The notes under the pieces were generated by a model. It saw only the letters and a list, made by a program, of their open reading frames with translations. It had not been told where the DNA came from and did no database searches. From NCBI GenBank assembly GCA_019510335.1, contig JAEKKO010000106.1, positions 1-53,232 of the forward strand: 53,232 bases of DNA, in the 5' to 3' direction. Made by a program: the position numbers and the translations under genes. The stretch comes from Novosphingobium sp. GTDB lineage: Bacteria; Pseudomonadota; Alphaproteobacteria; Sphingomonadales; Sphingomonadaceae. Positions 10,187-19,517 of this stretch are shown here, piece after piece. The stretch's first letter is position 1; each line of letters starts with the position of its first letter.

Positions 10187-11229
10187 CACACCCGCGCGCC
10201 GATGAGGGCGAGCAGCGCGTCGCGCTTGGCGACGCACTCGGCCTGGCGCGCGGCCAGGTCGGCCCTGGCCTCGATGGACGTCCCGGCGAGCGCCCGTTCC
10301 AGCCGCGCCGCCGCCAATTCAGACATCGCCGGGAGCCGGTCGGCGATGCCGATCATGTCGTCCATGTTGGCCCAGCAATTGAGCGCGATGTCGCAGCCGG
10401 CGGCGACCGCCTGCTCGGCTCGCTTGGGCACCGAGCCGGCGAGCGCCTCCATGTCGAGGTCGTCGCTGAGCAGCAGCCCGTCGAAGCCGATGCGGTTGCG
10501 GACAATCTCCTCGATCACGAACCGCGACTGGGTCGCCGGGTTGTCTGCGTCCCACGCGGTGTAGCGGACGTGCGCGGTCATTGCGATCAACGCCCGGCCC
10601 GCCGGCGCATGGGTCAGCGTGCGGAACGGCGCGATGTCGCGCTCGAGCTCGGCCTCGGTCGCGGTGACCGTCGGCAGCTCGACATGGCTGTCGGCATGGG
10701 CCCGGCCGTGCCCGGGGATGTGCTTGACCACGCCGGCGACGCCCGCCGCGGCAAGCCCGTCGAGCACTGCCCGCCCCAGCGCCGCGACGCGCAGGGGCTC
10801 GGCCCCCAATGCGCGGTCGCCGATCACGTCGTGCGCGCCGGGCTGGCGAACGTCGAGCAGCGGTAGGCAATCGACGGTGATCCCGGCTTGTGCGAGGTCG
10901 AGCCCCAGCGCCTCGGCATTCGCCCGCGCGGCCTCGATCGCGCTCGCCGGCGCCAGATCGTAAAGCTGATCGAATACCGCTCCGGGGGGATAGCTGGCCC
11001 ACACCGGCGGCTTCATCCGCGCAACCCGGCCGCCTTCCTGGTCGATGCAGATCAGCGTCCGCTCGCGTCCGTGAATCTCCCGCACCTCGTCCGTGAGCGC
11101 ACGCAGCTGATCGCGGCTTTCGATGTTGCGGCCGAACAGAATGTAACCGGCCGGATCGCACTCGCCGAAAAAGGCGCGCTCACCGGGTGTGAGGATGGTG
11201 CCGGAAAGACCGAAGATCGCCGGGGTCAT
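10186..11229 (-). CDS. nagZ: Beta-N-acetylhexosaminidase NagZ (GH3)
   Basis: ILFGRN, IDQEGGRV, KHIPGHG, DSH, LSDDL.M; start placed at MTPAIFGL. Confidence 0.93.
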   Translation of the reverse strand: MTPAIFGLSGTILTPGERAFFGECDPAGYILFGRNIESRDQLRALTDEVREIHGRERTLICIDQEGGRVARMKPPVWASYPPGAVFDQLYDLAPASAIEAARANAEALGLDLAQAGITVDCLPLLDVRQPGAHDVIGDRALGAEPLRVAALGRAVLDGLAAAGVAGVVKHIPGHGRAHADSHVELPTVTATEAELERDIAPFRTLTHAPAGRALIAMTAHVRYTAWDADNPATQSRFVIEEIVRNRIGFDGLLLSDDLDMEALAGSVPKRAEQAVAAGCDIALNCWANMDDMIGIADRLPAMSELAAARLERALAGTSIEARADLAARQAECVAKRDALLALIGARV

Positions 11230-11455
11230 CGCCGTAGAATCGCAGCATCGCATCGGTTCCGCAAGTTGCGGGGGATTGCCGGTGTGGAAAGCCGGAGAGG
11301 GTCCGCTGCCCGTTTGCGAGTCGCGGCGATTGCCAATGCGAGTCGTGCCGCGCGTGCTCATCTCGCCCCATCCGATCAACGGCTCATCGTTTCGCCGCTG
11401 CCAAGAGCGGGAGTCTCCGTATGTCTGCCGCTCCTCAAACCACGGAGAAAAATGG

Positions 11456-11806
11456 ATGCGTTTGATTCCAGTACTCATTGCCGCGATTTCGGTCTGTGTC
11501 AGCCCAGCTGCGTTCGCGCAGGCGGCGCCGGCTTCGGCGCCCGCGGCGGCGGCGGCGGCGGTCCACTTGGCGGCTGGGACCAAGGTCTTCGACAAAGCCG
11601 GCGAGGAGCTCGGCACGATCGAGGCGATTCAGGGCGGCAACGCCATCGTGCCGATCGCCGGCACCCGCGTTGCTCTCCCCGCAGCGGCGTTTTCGAACAC
11701 CGCCAACGGCGTCGCGATCCCCATGACGAAGGCCGAGCTTACCGCGGCGGCGCAGAAGGCGGGCGCCCAGTCAGCGCCGCCGGCGGCTGCGGGAACCGCC
11801 AAGTAA
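11456..11806 (+). CDS. Small secreted hypothetical protein (PRC-barrel-like core)
   Basis: GGAGA RBS at 11444, Sec signal ending AFA-Q, core GTKVFDKAGEELGTIEAI. Confidence 0.7.
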   Translation: MRLIPVLIAAISVCVSPAAFAQAAPASAPAAAAAAVHLAAGTKVFDKAGEELGTIEAIQGGNAIVPIAGTRVALPAAAFSNTANGVAIPMTKAELTAAAQKAGAQSAPPAAAGTAK

Positions 11807-11824
11807 AGCTTCTACTGAAGAGCC

Positions 11825-11854
11825 CACCGGTCCTCCCGCGAGGGAGGAACGGTG
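11825..11854. terminator. GC hairpin between convergent genes (possible terminator)
   Basis: caccg-g-tcctccc-GCGA-gggagga-a-cggtg; no U-tract. Confidence 0.5.
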
Positions 11855-11857
11855 TGG

Positions 11858-12637
11858 CTACCCTTTCACCTGGCACGCCAGCCCGGCGCCGCGCAAGTTG
11901 CTGCACAAGGCGTTCGCTGCGTCGGCGTCGCCGGGGAGTGCCTGGAGGCGGTAAACCGTGCCGATGTCGGCCTTGCCTTCGATCACCCGGTGATGGAGGC
12001 CCTTGAGCGCCGGATACTGGCTCGACAGGCGCGTCCACCCGGCTTCGGCCGAGGCCTGTGTCGAGAAAGCGCCGACCTGCACCCCCACGCCAACGGGCGC
12101 GGCCGGCGCCGCGCCTGCCGGCTTTGCTTTGGGGGCATGCGAGTGAGTCGCAGTCGGGGTGTTGCTGGGGCTGGCGCTCGCCGTCGGCTCGGGCGCGGCG
12201 GTGGTCGCCTGGGCGAGGTGCGCCGGCCGGGTCTGCCCCCGCGAGACCGCGAAGCTGGTGTCGCCGGTGCCGGCGAACGTCTTGCCGCCCGCGTTCTTCG
12301 GCGCTTCCTTGTACGGCTGCGCCGGTGGCACGATCAGGCTGCCATCGGCGGCGGCGATTTCGGCGCCCCTGCGGTGAGTCGCCCACCAGATGCCGCCGAC
12401 GATCAGCACCAGCGCGGCGAGCCCGGCGAGGACGAAGCCGATCACCCTTCCGGTGTCGACGGCGCCGTAGTCGTCATCGTCGTCGGCGGATTCGAGCCAC
12501 GGCAGGCGCTCGTCGTCGTCGAGGGCGAGGCGCGGGGCCGTGCTCGGCGACGGCGGGGGCGCGGATTCGCTCACCGCATCGGGCTCCGCCTGTTCGTTGG
12601 GGTCGTCGCCCTCGATCCGGCCGTCCGCCATGATCAC
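11858..12637 (-). CDS. SPOR-domain membrane protein (FtsN-like)
   Basis: LPWLE motif, one TM helix, Pro/Ala linker, SPOR domain VQVGAFST...YRLQA...LC..L...G.AC; directly downstream of argS. Confidence 0.88.
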   Translation of the reverse strand: MIMADGRIEGDDPNEQAEPDAVSESAPPPSPSTAPRLALDDDERLPWLESADDDDDYGAVDTGRVIGFVLAGLAALVLIVGGIWWATHRRGAEIAAADGSLIVPPAQPYKEAPKNAGGKTFAGTGDTSFAVSRGQTRPAHLAQATTAAPEPTASASPSNTPTATHSHAPKAKPAGAAPAAPVGVGVQVGAFSTQASAEAGWTRLSSQYPALKGLHHRVIEGKADIGTVYRLQALPGDADAANALCSNLRGAGLACQVKG

Positions 12638-14379
12638 ATTTCCTCCACCGCCACAACGCCAAGCAGCGCCAGGCCATTGCGAACAATCTGCCCGATCTGC
12701 GCGGCGAGGAAAAGCCTTGCCCCGCTAAGGCTCGCGTCTTGTGCCACGATGATCCGCTTCTCCGGCTGGTCATTGCCGAGATTCCAGAACGCATGGAACG
12801 CCGCGGCAAGGTCATAGAGGAAGAAAGCCACGCGGTGCGGCTCACGCGCGGCCGCGGCGGCCTCGATCACGCGGGGGAATTGGGCGGCGATCTTGACCAG
12901 CGCCAGCTCCTCCTCGCCAAGGCGGTCGAGCCCCTCGGGCGACGGTCCCATGCCAGCCGCCGCGGCCTTGCGCATGGTCGAGCTGATCCGCGCGTGGGCG
13001 TACTGGACGTAGAAGACCGGATTGTCCTTCGAGGCTTCGACCACTTTGGCGAAGTCGAAATCCATCTGCGCTTCGGGCTTGCGGGTCAGCATGGTGAAGC
13101 GGACGACGTCCTTGCCGACTTCGCGCACGACATCGGCGAGCGTCACGAACGTCCCGGCGCGCTTCGACATCTTGACGGGCTCGCCGTTGCGCAAGAGCTG
13201 GACCATCTGGACCAGCTTGATCTCGAACGGAACCGGGTGGCCGACCGCGCCGGTCATCGCCGCGACCGCCGCCTTGATCCGCTTGACCGTCCCGGCGTGA
13301 TCGGCGCCCCAAATGTCGACCAGCGCATCGGCGCTGTGGGCCTTCTGGAAATGGTAGGCGAGATCCGCGCCGAAGTAGGTCCAGCTGCCGTCGGACTTGC
13401 GGATCGGCCGATCCTGGTCGTCGCCGAAGCGGGTCGAGCGAAACAGCGGGAGCGCCTCCGGCTCCCAGTCCTCTATGGTCTTGCCCTTTGGCGCCTCGAG
13501 CATGCCGTCGTAGACCAGGTCGTGGGCGCGCAGCCACGCTTCGGCTTCGGCCGGTTTGCCCGCTGCCTGGAGCTCGGCCTCCGAGGCAAAGACATCGTGG
13601 GCGATGCCGAGCAAGGCGAGGTCCGCCTTGATCATCTCCATCATCATCGCCACCGCCCGCTTGCGGAATACGGGCCGCCACTTGTCCGCGGATTCGCCGA
13701 TGTAGCTGGCGCCGCACTCGGCCGCGAGCGCTTCGCCGACTGGCTTGAGGTACTCGCCTGGGTACAGCCCGGAGGGGATCTCGCCGATCTCCGTGCCGAG
13801 CGCCTCGGCATAGCGCAGGAACACCGAATCCGCGAGCACGTCGACCTGCCCGCCGGCATCGTTGACGTAATACTCGCGGATCACCTCGTGGCCGGCGAAC
13901 TCGAGCAGGGAGGCGAGCGCGTCGCCGACCACCGCGCCGCGGCAGTGGCCCATGTGCATCGGGCCAGTCGGGTTCGCCGAGACGTACTCGACGTTGACGG
14001 TAGTCCCGGAACCGACCTCAGAGCGGCCGTACTCGGCCCCGAGCACTCCGATCGCGCGCAATTCGTTGAGCCAGGCGTCGCGGTTGAGCCGCAGGTTGAG
14101 GAACCCGGGTCCGGCGATGGCCACGTCGGTGACCTGCGGCGCGGCCCGCAGCTGCTCGGCCAGCGCCTCGGCGAGCGCGCGCGGATTGGTGCCGGCGGGT
14201 TTGGCGAGGACCATCGCGGCGTTGGTGGAGAGATCGCCATGGGTGGGATCGCGCGGCGGCTCGACCGTCACTGCCCCGCGGCTCAAGCCACCCGGCAGAG
14301 TCCCCGCCGCCTCGAGCGCATCGAGCGCGGCACTGACGTGGCCGACGAACGCGGCGTGGATGGTCTGGGCCTGATGCAT
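12634..14379 (-). CDS. argS: Arginine--tRNA ligase
   Basis: VEYVSANPTGPMHMGH, WGADHAG, KMSKRAG, NPVFYVQYAHAR. Confidence 0.97.
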   Translation of the reverse strand: MHQAQTIHAAFVGHVSAALDALEAAGTLPGGLSRGAVTVEPPRDPTHGDLSTNAAMVLAKPAGTNPRALAEALAEQLRAAPQVTDVAIAGPGFLNLRLNRDAWLNELRAIGVLGAEYGRSEVGSGTTVNVEYVSANPTGPMHMGHCRGAVVGDALASLLEFAGHEVIREYYVNDAGGQVDVLADSVFLRYAEALGTEIGEIPSGLYPGEYLKPVGEALAAECGASYIGESADKWRPVFRKRAVAMMMEMIKADLALLGIAHDVFASEAELQAAGKPAEAEAWLRAHDLVYDGMLEAPKGKTIEDWEPEALPLFRSTRFGDDQDRPIRKSDGSWTYFGADLAYHFQKAHSADALVDIWGADHAGTVKRIKAAVAAMTGAVGHPVPFEIKLVQMVQLLRNGEPVKMSKRAGTFVTLADVVREVGKDVVRFTMLTRKPEAQMDFDFAKVVEASKDNPVFYVQYAHARISSTMRKAAAAGMGPSPEGLDRLGEEELALVKIAAQFPRVIEAAAAAREPHRVAFFLYDLAAAFHAFWNLGNDQPEKRIIVAQDASLSGARLFLAAQIGQIVRNGLALLGVVAVEEM

Positions 14380-14550
14380 GGCGCGCGGTTAGCGGGTTTG
14401 CGCTTGCTTGCAAATGGCGCGACCGCCCTCCGGAGTCGTTCGATCCTGTCTTCGTCAATGGGGGAAGGCGTGGGACGGCGTCCTCTCGCCTTGACCTCAC
14501 TTGGCCCCCCGGTTAGCCGCGCGGCCTAACCTCAGGGAAGGGCCGGTCTC

Positions 14551-15333
14551 ATGCAACTCGACTCCTCGATCGCCGCGGTGGTGACCGGCGGCGCCTCCGG
14601 GCTCGGCGCGGCGACGGCGCGGGCGCTCGCGGCCAAGGGCGTGCGGGTGGCGATCTTCGACCTTCAGCAGGAGAAGGGGGAGGCGCTGGCCAAGGAGCTC
14701 GGCGGGGTGTTCTGCGAGGTCAACGTGACCTCGGACGAGAGCGTCGACGCCGGCTTCGCCCAAGCGCGGGCCGCGCACGGGCAGGAGCGCATCCTGGTCA
14801 ACTGCGCCGGCATCGCCAACGCTATCAAGACCGTCAGCCGCGACAAGGAAACCGGCGCGATCAAGCACTTCCCGCTCGACGCGTTCAATTTCGTGATCCA
14901 GATCAACCTCGTCGGCACATTCCGCTGCATCGCCAAGTCGGCCGCCGGGATGCTGACGCTCGATCCGCTCGACGAAGGCGAGCGCGGGGCGATCATCAGC
15001 ACCGCCTCGGCCGCGGCCGAAGACGGGCAGATCGGCCAGGCCGCTTACGCCGCGTCGAAGGGCGGCGTGGTCGCGCTGACCCTGCCGGTCGCCCGCGACC
15101 TGATGAACGACGGCATCCGCGTCAACACGATCCTCCCGGGGATTTTCGAGACCCCGTTGATGATGGCGCTGCCCGAGAAGGCGCGCGACGTGCTCGGCGC
15201 GTCGGTGCCGTTCCCCAAGCGGATGGGCCGCCCGCCCGAGTATGCCCAGCTCGCCGTCGCGATTCTCGAGAACGCCTACATGAACGGCGAGCACATCCGG
15301 CTCGACGGCGCGATCCGCATGCCGCCGCGCTGA
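14551..15333 (+). CDS. SDR-family 3-hydroxyacyl-CoA dehydrogenase (HSD10-like)
   Basis: TGGASGLG, NCAGI, GQIGQAAYAASKGG, IRLDGAIRM. Confidence 0.9.
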   Translation: MQLDSSIAAVVTGGASGLGAATARALAAKGVRVAIFDLQQEKGEALAKELGGVFCEVNVTSDESVDAGFAQARAAHGQERILVNCAGIANAIKTVSRDKETGAIKHFPLDAFNFVIQINLVGTFRCIAKSAAGMLTLDPLDEGERGAIISTASAAAEDGQIGQAAYAASKGGVVALTLPVARDLMNDGIRVNTILPGIFETPLMMALPEKARDVLGASVPFPKRMGRPPEYAQLAVAILENAYMNGEHIRLDGAIRMPPR

Positions 15334-15347
15334 GGGCGGCGGCGAGC

Positions 15348-16229
15348 GTGGCCATGAACCCGGCCGAACGCTGGTGCATCGGCGTGATCGGCGGGTCGGG
15401 GCTCGCCGCCGGGATCGGCCTCGATGATGCGCAGGAGATCGCGGTCGCTTCGCCGTTCGGAGCGGCGTCGGCGGCAGTGGTGATCGGCACCCTCGCGGGC
15501 GTTCGGTTCGTCTTCCTCGCCCGCCACGGCACCGGCCACACGATCCCGCCCAGCGCGATCAACTACCGCGCCAACGTCGACGTGCTCAAGCGCTGCGGGG
15601 TCACCGACGTCCTGGCGCTGTCCGCGATCGGATCCCTCCGCGAGGAGCTGGCGCCGGGGCAATTCGTGGCGGTCGATCAACTGATCGACCGCACCACCGG
15701 GCGCGAGCGCAGCTTCTTCGGTCCGGGGCTGGTCGCCCACGTGCCGCTGGCCGACCCCATCTGCCCGAGGCTATCCGGGTTCGCCGCGGACGGCGCGGAA
15801 GCGGCCGGCGCAACCGTCCACCGCGGCGGGTGCTATGTCGCGATCGAGGGGCCGCAGTTCTCGACCCGCGCCGAAAGCCGGCTTTACCGCACATGGGGCG
15901 GAGACGTCATCGGGATGACGGCAATGCCCGAGGCGCGGCTCGCCCGCGAGGCCGAGCTGCCGTATGCATTGCTCGGGATGGTCACCGATTGGGACAGCTG
16001 GCGCACCGGGGATGCTGGGGTCCAAGCGGCCGAAGTGTTCGCCGTGATGCACGCCAACGCCGCCCTCGCGCGGGAGGCCGTGCGCCGGCTCGCCGCAGCC
16101 GTGCCGCCGCGGCGGGAGCCGAGCCCGATCGATCGCACCCTCGACAGCGCACTTGCAACGCCGCGCGAGGCGCGCGATCCGGCACTCGTCGCGCGACTTG
16201 ATGCCGTGGCAGGAAGGGTGCTGCGATGA
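15348..16229 (+). CDS. mtnP: S-methyl-5'-thioadenosine phosphorylase
   Basis: IGVIGGSG, FLARHG, INYRAN, EGPQFSTRAES, GMTAMPEA.LAREAE, VTDWD. Confidence 0.92.
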   Translation: MAMNPAERWCIGVIGGSGLAAGIGLDDAQEIAVASPFGAASAAVVIGTLAGVRFVFLARHGTGHTIPPSAINYRANVDVLKRCGVTDVLALSAIGSLREELAPGQFVAVDQLIDRTTGRERSFFGPGLVAHVPLADPICPRLSGFAADGAEAAGATVHRGGCYVAIEGPQFSTRAESRLYRTWGGDVIGMTAMPEARLAREAELPYALLGMVTDWDSWRTGDAGVQAAEVFAVMHANAALAREAVRRLAAAVPPRREPSPIDRTLDSALATPREARDPALVARLDAVAGRVLR

Positions 16230-16858
16230 CCGAGACGGTGTTTTACGACTACTGGCGCTCCTCGGCGGCGTACCGGGTGCGGATCGTCCTCCAGCTCAAG
16301 GGCATCGCCTATCGCACCGAGCAGGTCGACCTCGGCGCCGGCGAGCAGACCGGAGCCCGCTACCGGGAACTCAATCCACAGGGGCTGATCCCCGCTCTGG
16401 CGATTGACGGTCATCTGATCACCCAGTCGCTGGCGATCATCGATTACCTCGATATCACCCGCGGAGGACCGGCGATGCTTCCGGACGACCCGGCGGCGCG
16501 GGCCCACACGCTCGCGCAGGCGCTGATCGTCGCCGCCGACATTCACCCGCTCAACAACTTGCGCGTGCAGTTGTGGCTGCGGGACGAGCTGGGCGCCGAC
16601 CAGTCCACGCGGCAGCGGTGGATGGCCCAGTGGATGACGACCGGTTTCGCAGCGCTCGAGGCCCAGGCGCCCGAACAGGGCCTGTTCGGCGGTTCGGTCC
16701 CGAACCTGGCCGACGTCTGCCTGGTCCCGCAGCTCTATAACGCCCGTCGCTTCGACATCGCGGTCGATGCTTTTCCGCGCCTGCTGCGGATCGATGCCGA
16801 GGCGCGCGCGCACCCCGCTGTCGCCGCGGCCGCGCCCGAGGCGGCGAAACCCGCCTGA
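16226..16858 (+). CDS. maiA: Maleylacetoacetate isomerase (GST zeta)
   Basis: YWRSSAAYRVRI, LNPQGLIP, QSLAII.YL, DIHPLNNLRV, ADVCLVPQLYNARRF. Confidence 0.92.
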   Translation: MTETVFYDYWRSSAAYRVRIVLQLKGIAYRTEQVDLGAGEQTGARYRELNPQGLIPALAIDGHLITQSLAIIDYLDITRGGPAMLPDDPAARAHTLAQALIVAADIHPLNNLRVQLWLRDELGADQSTRQRWMAQWMTTGFAALEAQAPEQGLFGGSVPNLADVCLVPQLYNARRFDIAVDAFPRLLRIDAEARAHPAVAAAAPEAAKPA

Positions 16859-16923
16859 GCCGCGGCGGCCGATCGCGGAAGCGCCTTGGCGGAGACAACT
16901 GGTTGCATTAGGAACCGGTTGCG

Positions 16924-17382
16924 ATGCCCGCCAAAATCTCCCGCCTGGCCGATTTCCTGCCCTACCGGCTGGCGGTCACCTCGAATGCGGTGAGCGGGCG
17001 AATCGCCGAGGAGTACCAAGAGCGCTTCGGGCTCAAGATCCCGGAGTGGCGGGTCATGGCCGTGCTCGGCGATGCCGGTGCGCTGACCCAGCGGGCGCTG
17101 GTCGGGGCCACGCTGATGGACAAAGTCGCGGTCAATCGCGCCTGCAAGGTGCTCGAGGACCGCGGCCTCGTATCACGCAGTCCCAACGAGCGCGACGGTC
17201 GCTCGCATCATCTCGAGCTGACCGCCGCCGGCCACGCGATGCACGGCGAAATCATGCCGCTCGCCCGCGAGATGGAAGCCCGGATCTTCGCCACTCTCAC
17301 TCCCGCCGAACGCGAGTCGTTTCAGGAGATGCTCGGTCGAATCATGCAGCAAGTTCGCGAGAGCCTGGGCCGCGCCGGTTGA
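16924..17382 (+). CDS. MarR-family transcriptional regulator
   Basis: FLPYRL, EWRVMAVLG, MDKVAVNRA..L..RGLV.R.....DGRS..LELT..G. Confidence 0.9.
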   Translation: MPAKISRLADFLPYRLAVTSNAVSGRIAEEYQERFGLKIPEWRVMAVLGDAGALTQRALVGATLMDKVAVNRACKVLEDRGLVSRSPNERDGRSHHLELTAAGHAMHGEIMPLAREMEARIFATLTPAERESFQEMLGRIMQQVRESLGRAG

Positions 17383-17440
17383 GGCGAGGATGCCGCGTAC
17401 CCGTCTAGGTCAGCGCGGCATCCCTCTCCTGCTTGAGCGA

Positions 17441-18454
17441 TCAGCCGTTCTGCCCGGGGTGGTGCGAGAACGCGTCGGAGATCGAGCACGCCGCCGGGCC
17501 AAGGATCACGATAAACAGCACCGGCAGGATGAACAGGATCAGCGGCACGGTCATGATCGCCGGCAGCCGCGCCGCTTTCTCCTCGGCGCGCATCATCCGC
17601 TCGTTGCGGAATTCGGCCGAGAGCACGCGCAAGGCCGAAGCCAGTGGGGTGCCGTAACGCTCGGTCTGGATCATCGTCGTGACCACGCCGCGCAGCGCGT
17701 CGAGGTCGACGCGGTAGGCGAGGTTCTCGAACGCCTGACGCCGTTCGTTGAGGAACGACAGCTCGATCGCGGTCAGCGCAAACTCGTCGCCGAGCTCGGG
17801 ATAGGCGCGGCCCAGCTCGCGGGCGACGCGGTTGAACGCGGCATCGACGGTGAGGCCGGCTTCGGCGCAGATCACCAGCAAATCGAGCGCGTCGGGCAAG
17901 CCCTTGCGGATCGCGGCGGTGCGCTTGGTGATCTTGTTCTTGAGAAACAAGTCCGGGCCCTTGTAGCCGATGCCGACGGCAGCGGCGAGGGCGAACAGCC
18001 GCTTCATACCGCCCCACAGCGGGAAGTAGTTGATCCCGTAGACCATCAGCGCGACCAGAAGGCCCAGCGCGACCGGCAGGACCAGGCGCGCGGCGATCAC
18101 CGCGACGGCCATTTCCTTCTTGCGGATGCCGGCCTGTGCGAGCTTCTGCTGCACGTCGGCGACCTGGCTCTCCTGCAGCATCTTGGCCGACTTGAGCATG
18201 TCGCGCAGCTTGTCGGCGCGGTCATTGCGGCGGACAATGCTCGTCCGCTTGCGCGAGTGGACCGCGACGATGCCGGCCTTGAGCTGGTCACGCCGCTCGT
18301 TGAGCGCCTTGAGGCGCTTCTGCATCGGGTCGCGGACGGTGATCGCGGCGTAAATCGCGAGCATCACCGCCATCGCCGCCACGGCGGAGAGCAGCGTGCC
18401 CACCGCGATGACGTCGACACCCAGGAGCGTCGGGCCGTGAGCAGTCTCAAACAT
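17441..18454 (-). CDS. tadC: Tad pilus platform protein TadC (T2SS F family)
   Basis: LPDALDLLVICAEAGL, QTERYGTPLA.ALR, AEEKAARLP..MTVPLILFILP. Confidence 0.92.
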   Translation of the reverse strand: MFETAHGPTLLGVDVIAVGTLLSAVAAMAVMLAIYAAITVRDPMQKRLKALNERRDQLKAGIVAVHSRKRTSIVRRNDRADKLRDMLKSAKMLQESQVADVQQKLAQAGIRKKEMAVAVIAARLVLPVALGLLVALMVYGINYFPLWGGMKRLFALAAAVGIGYKGPDLFLKNKITKRTAAIRKGLPDALDLLVICAEAGLTVDAAFNRVARELGRAYPELGDEFALTAIELSFLNERRQAFENLAYRVDLDALRGVVTTMIQTERYGTPLASALRVLSAEFRNERMMRAEEKAARLPAIMTVPLILFILPVLFIVILGPAACSISDAFSHHPGQNG

Positions 18455-18472
18455 TGTGTCCGCTGCTCCCGT

Positions 18473-19441
18473 TCAAATCTCGAAGCTGACCATCTTGGCC
18501 ATGATGAAGGCGCCGATGCCCATCCAGGTGAAGCCGCCGAGACCGGTGACGATCAGCCGCTCATCCTTGAAGAAGCCGCCGATGTATTCGGGATTGATCC
18601 ACCAGATCATTCCGAAGACGAGGAACGGCAGGGCGCCGACGATGTACGCCGAAGCCTTCGATTCCGAGCTCATCGCCCGGATCTTGAGCTTCATCTGCGC
18701 GCGCTTGCGCAGCACGTCGGCGAGGTTCGAGAGGGTTTCGGCAAGGTTGCCGCCGGTCTCGCGCTGGATCGCCAGGGTGATGCAGAAAAACTGGAATTCA
18801 GGCGTGCCGAGGCGGTCGGCGGTCTCCTGCAGCGCCTCGTCCATCGAGCGACCGATGCGGATCCGCTCGGTCACCAGCTTGAACTCCGCGCCGACCGGCG
18901 CCGGAATTTCGGCAGCGACGACGGTCAGCGTCTCGGTCACCGGCAGGCCCGAGCGCAAGCCGCGAACGAGCAGCTCGATGGCATCGGGAAATTTCGTGTT
19001 GAAGGCGTTGGTGCGGCGCTTGATGTGGAAGTTGACGACCATGTGCGGGATGCCCGCGCCGAACACGACGCCGATTCCGAGCGAGAGCATCAGCGCGCTC
19101 GAACGCAGGAACACGAGCGCCGCCACCGCCAAGGCAATGCCGACCGAGGCATAAAGGTACTGGGTCGCGCTCCAGCCCTTGCCGGTGCGGTCGAGCCGCA
19201 CGTTGAGCGCGGCGATCCGCGATTCCGATCCGGCGACCTTGTGCTTTTTCGGCATCCGCGCCGCGACCGCCTTGCGCAACTGCGCTTCGACTTTCTCCGT
19301 CGTGTTGTCGGTATGGCGCAGACGCACGGCCTGAAGTCGGCGGGTCATCGCCTTGGCCGCCGACGCGTTGGCCAGCACGATCCACAGCAACCCGGCGAAT
19401 GCGGCGCCAAGCGAGATCAACAGGAGCGAAAAAAAGCTCAT
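18473..19441 (-). CDS. tadB: Tad pilus platform protein TadB
   Basis: FPDAIELLVRGLRSGLP, IQRETGGNLAETLSNL, KIRAMSSE. Confidence 0.92.
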   Translation of the reverse strand: MSFFSLLLISLGAAFAGLLWIVLANASAAKAMTRRLQAVRLRHTDNTTEKVEAQLRKAVAARMPKKHKVAGSESRIAALNVRLDRTGKGWSATQYLYASVGIALAVAALVFLRSSALMLSLGIGVVFGAGIPHMVVNFHIKRRTNAFNTKFPDAIELLVRGLRSGLPVTETLTVVAAEIPAPVGAEFKLVTERIRIGRSMDEALQETADRLGTPEFQFFCITLAIQRETGGNLAETLSNLADVLRKRAQMKLKIRAMSSESKASAYIVGALPFLVFGMIWWINPEYIGGFFKDERLIVTGLGGFTWMGIGAFIMAKMVSFEI

Positions 19442-19517
19442 GGGCGTGCTTCGCCTTCCCTTTCAAACCGTCCGGCCGGCGACCATGGCGAAGCCAGGGT
19501 GTGCTGGCCGCGACCGC

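Noticed and set aside
11400-11445. Possible riboswitch before the small secreted protein
   Set aside because: Only short hairpins; no recognisable aptamer consensus.
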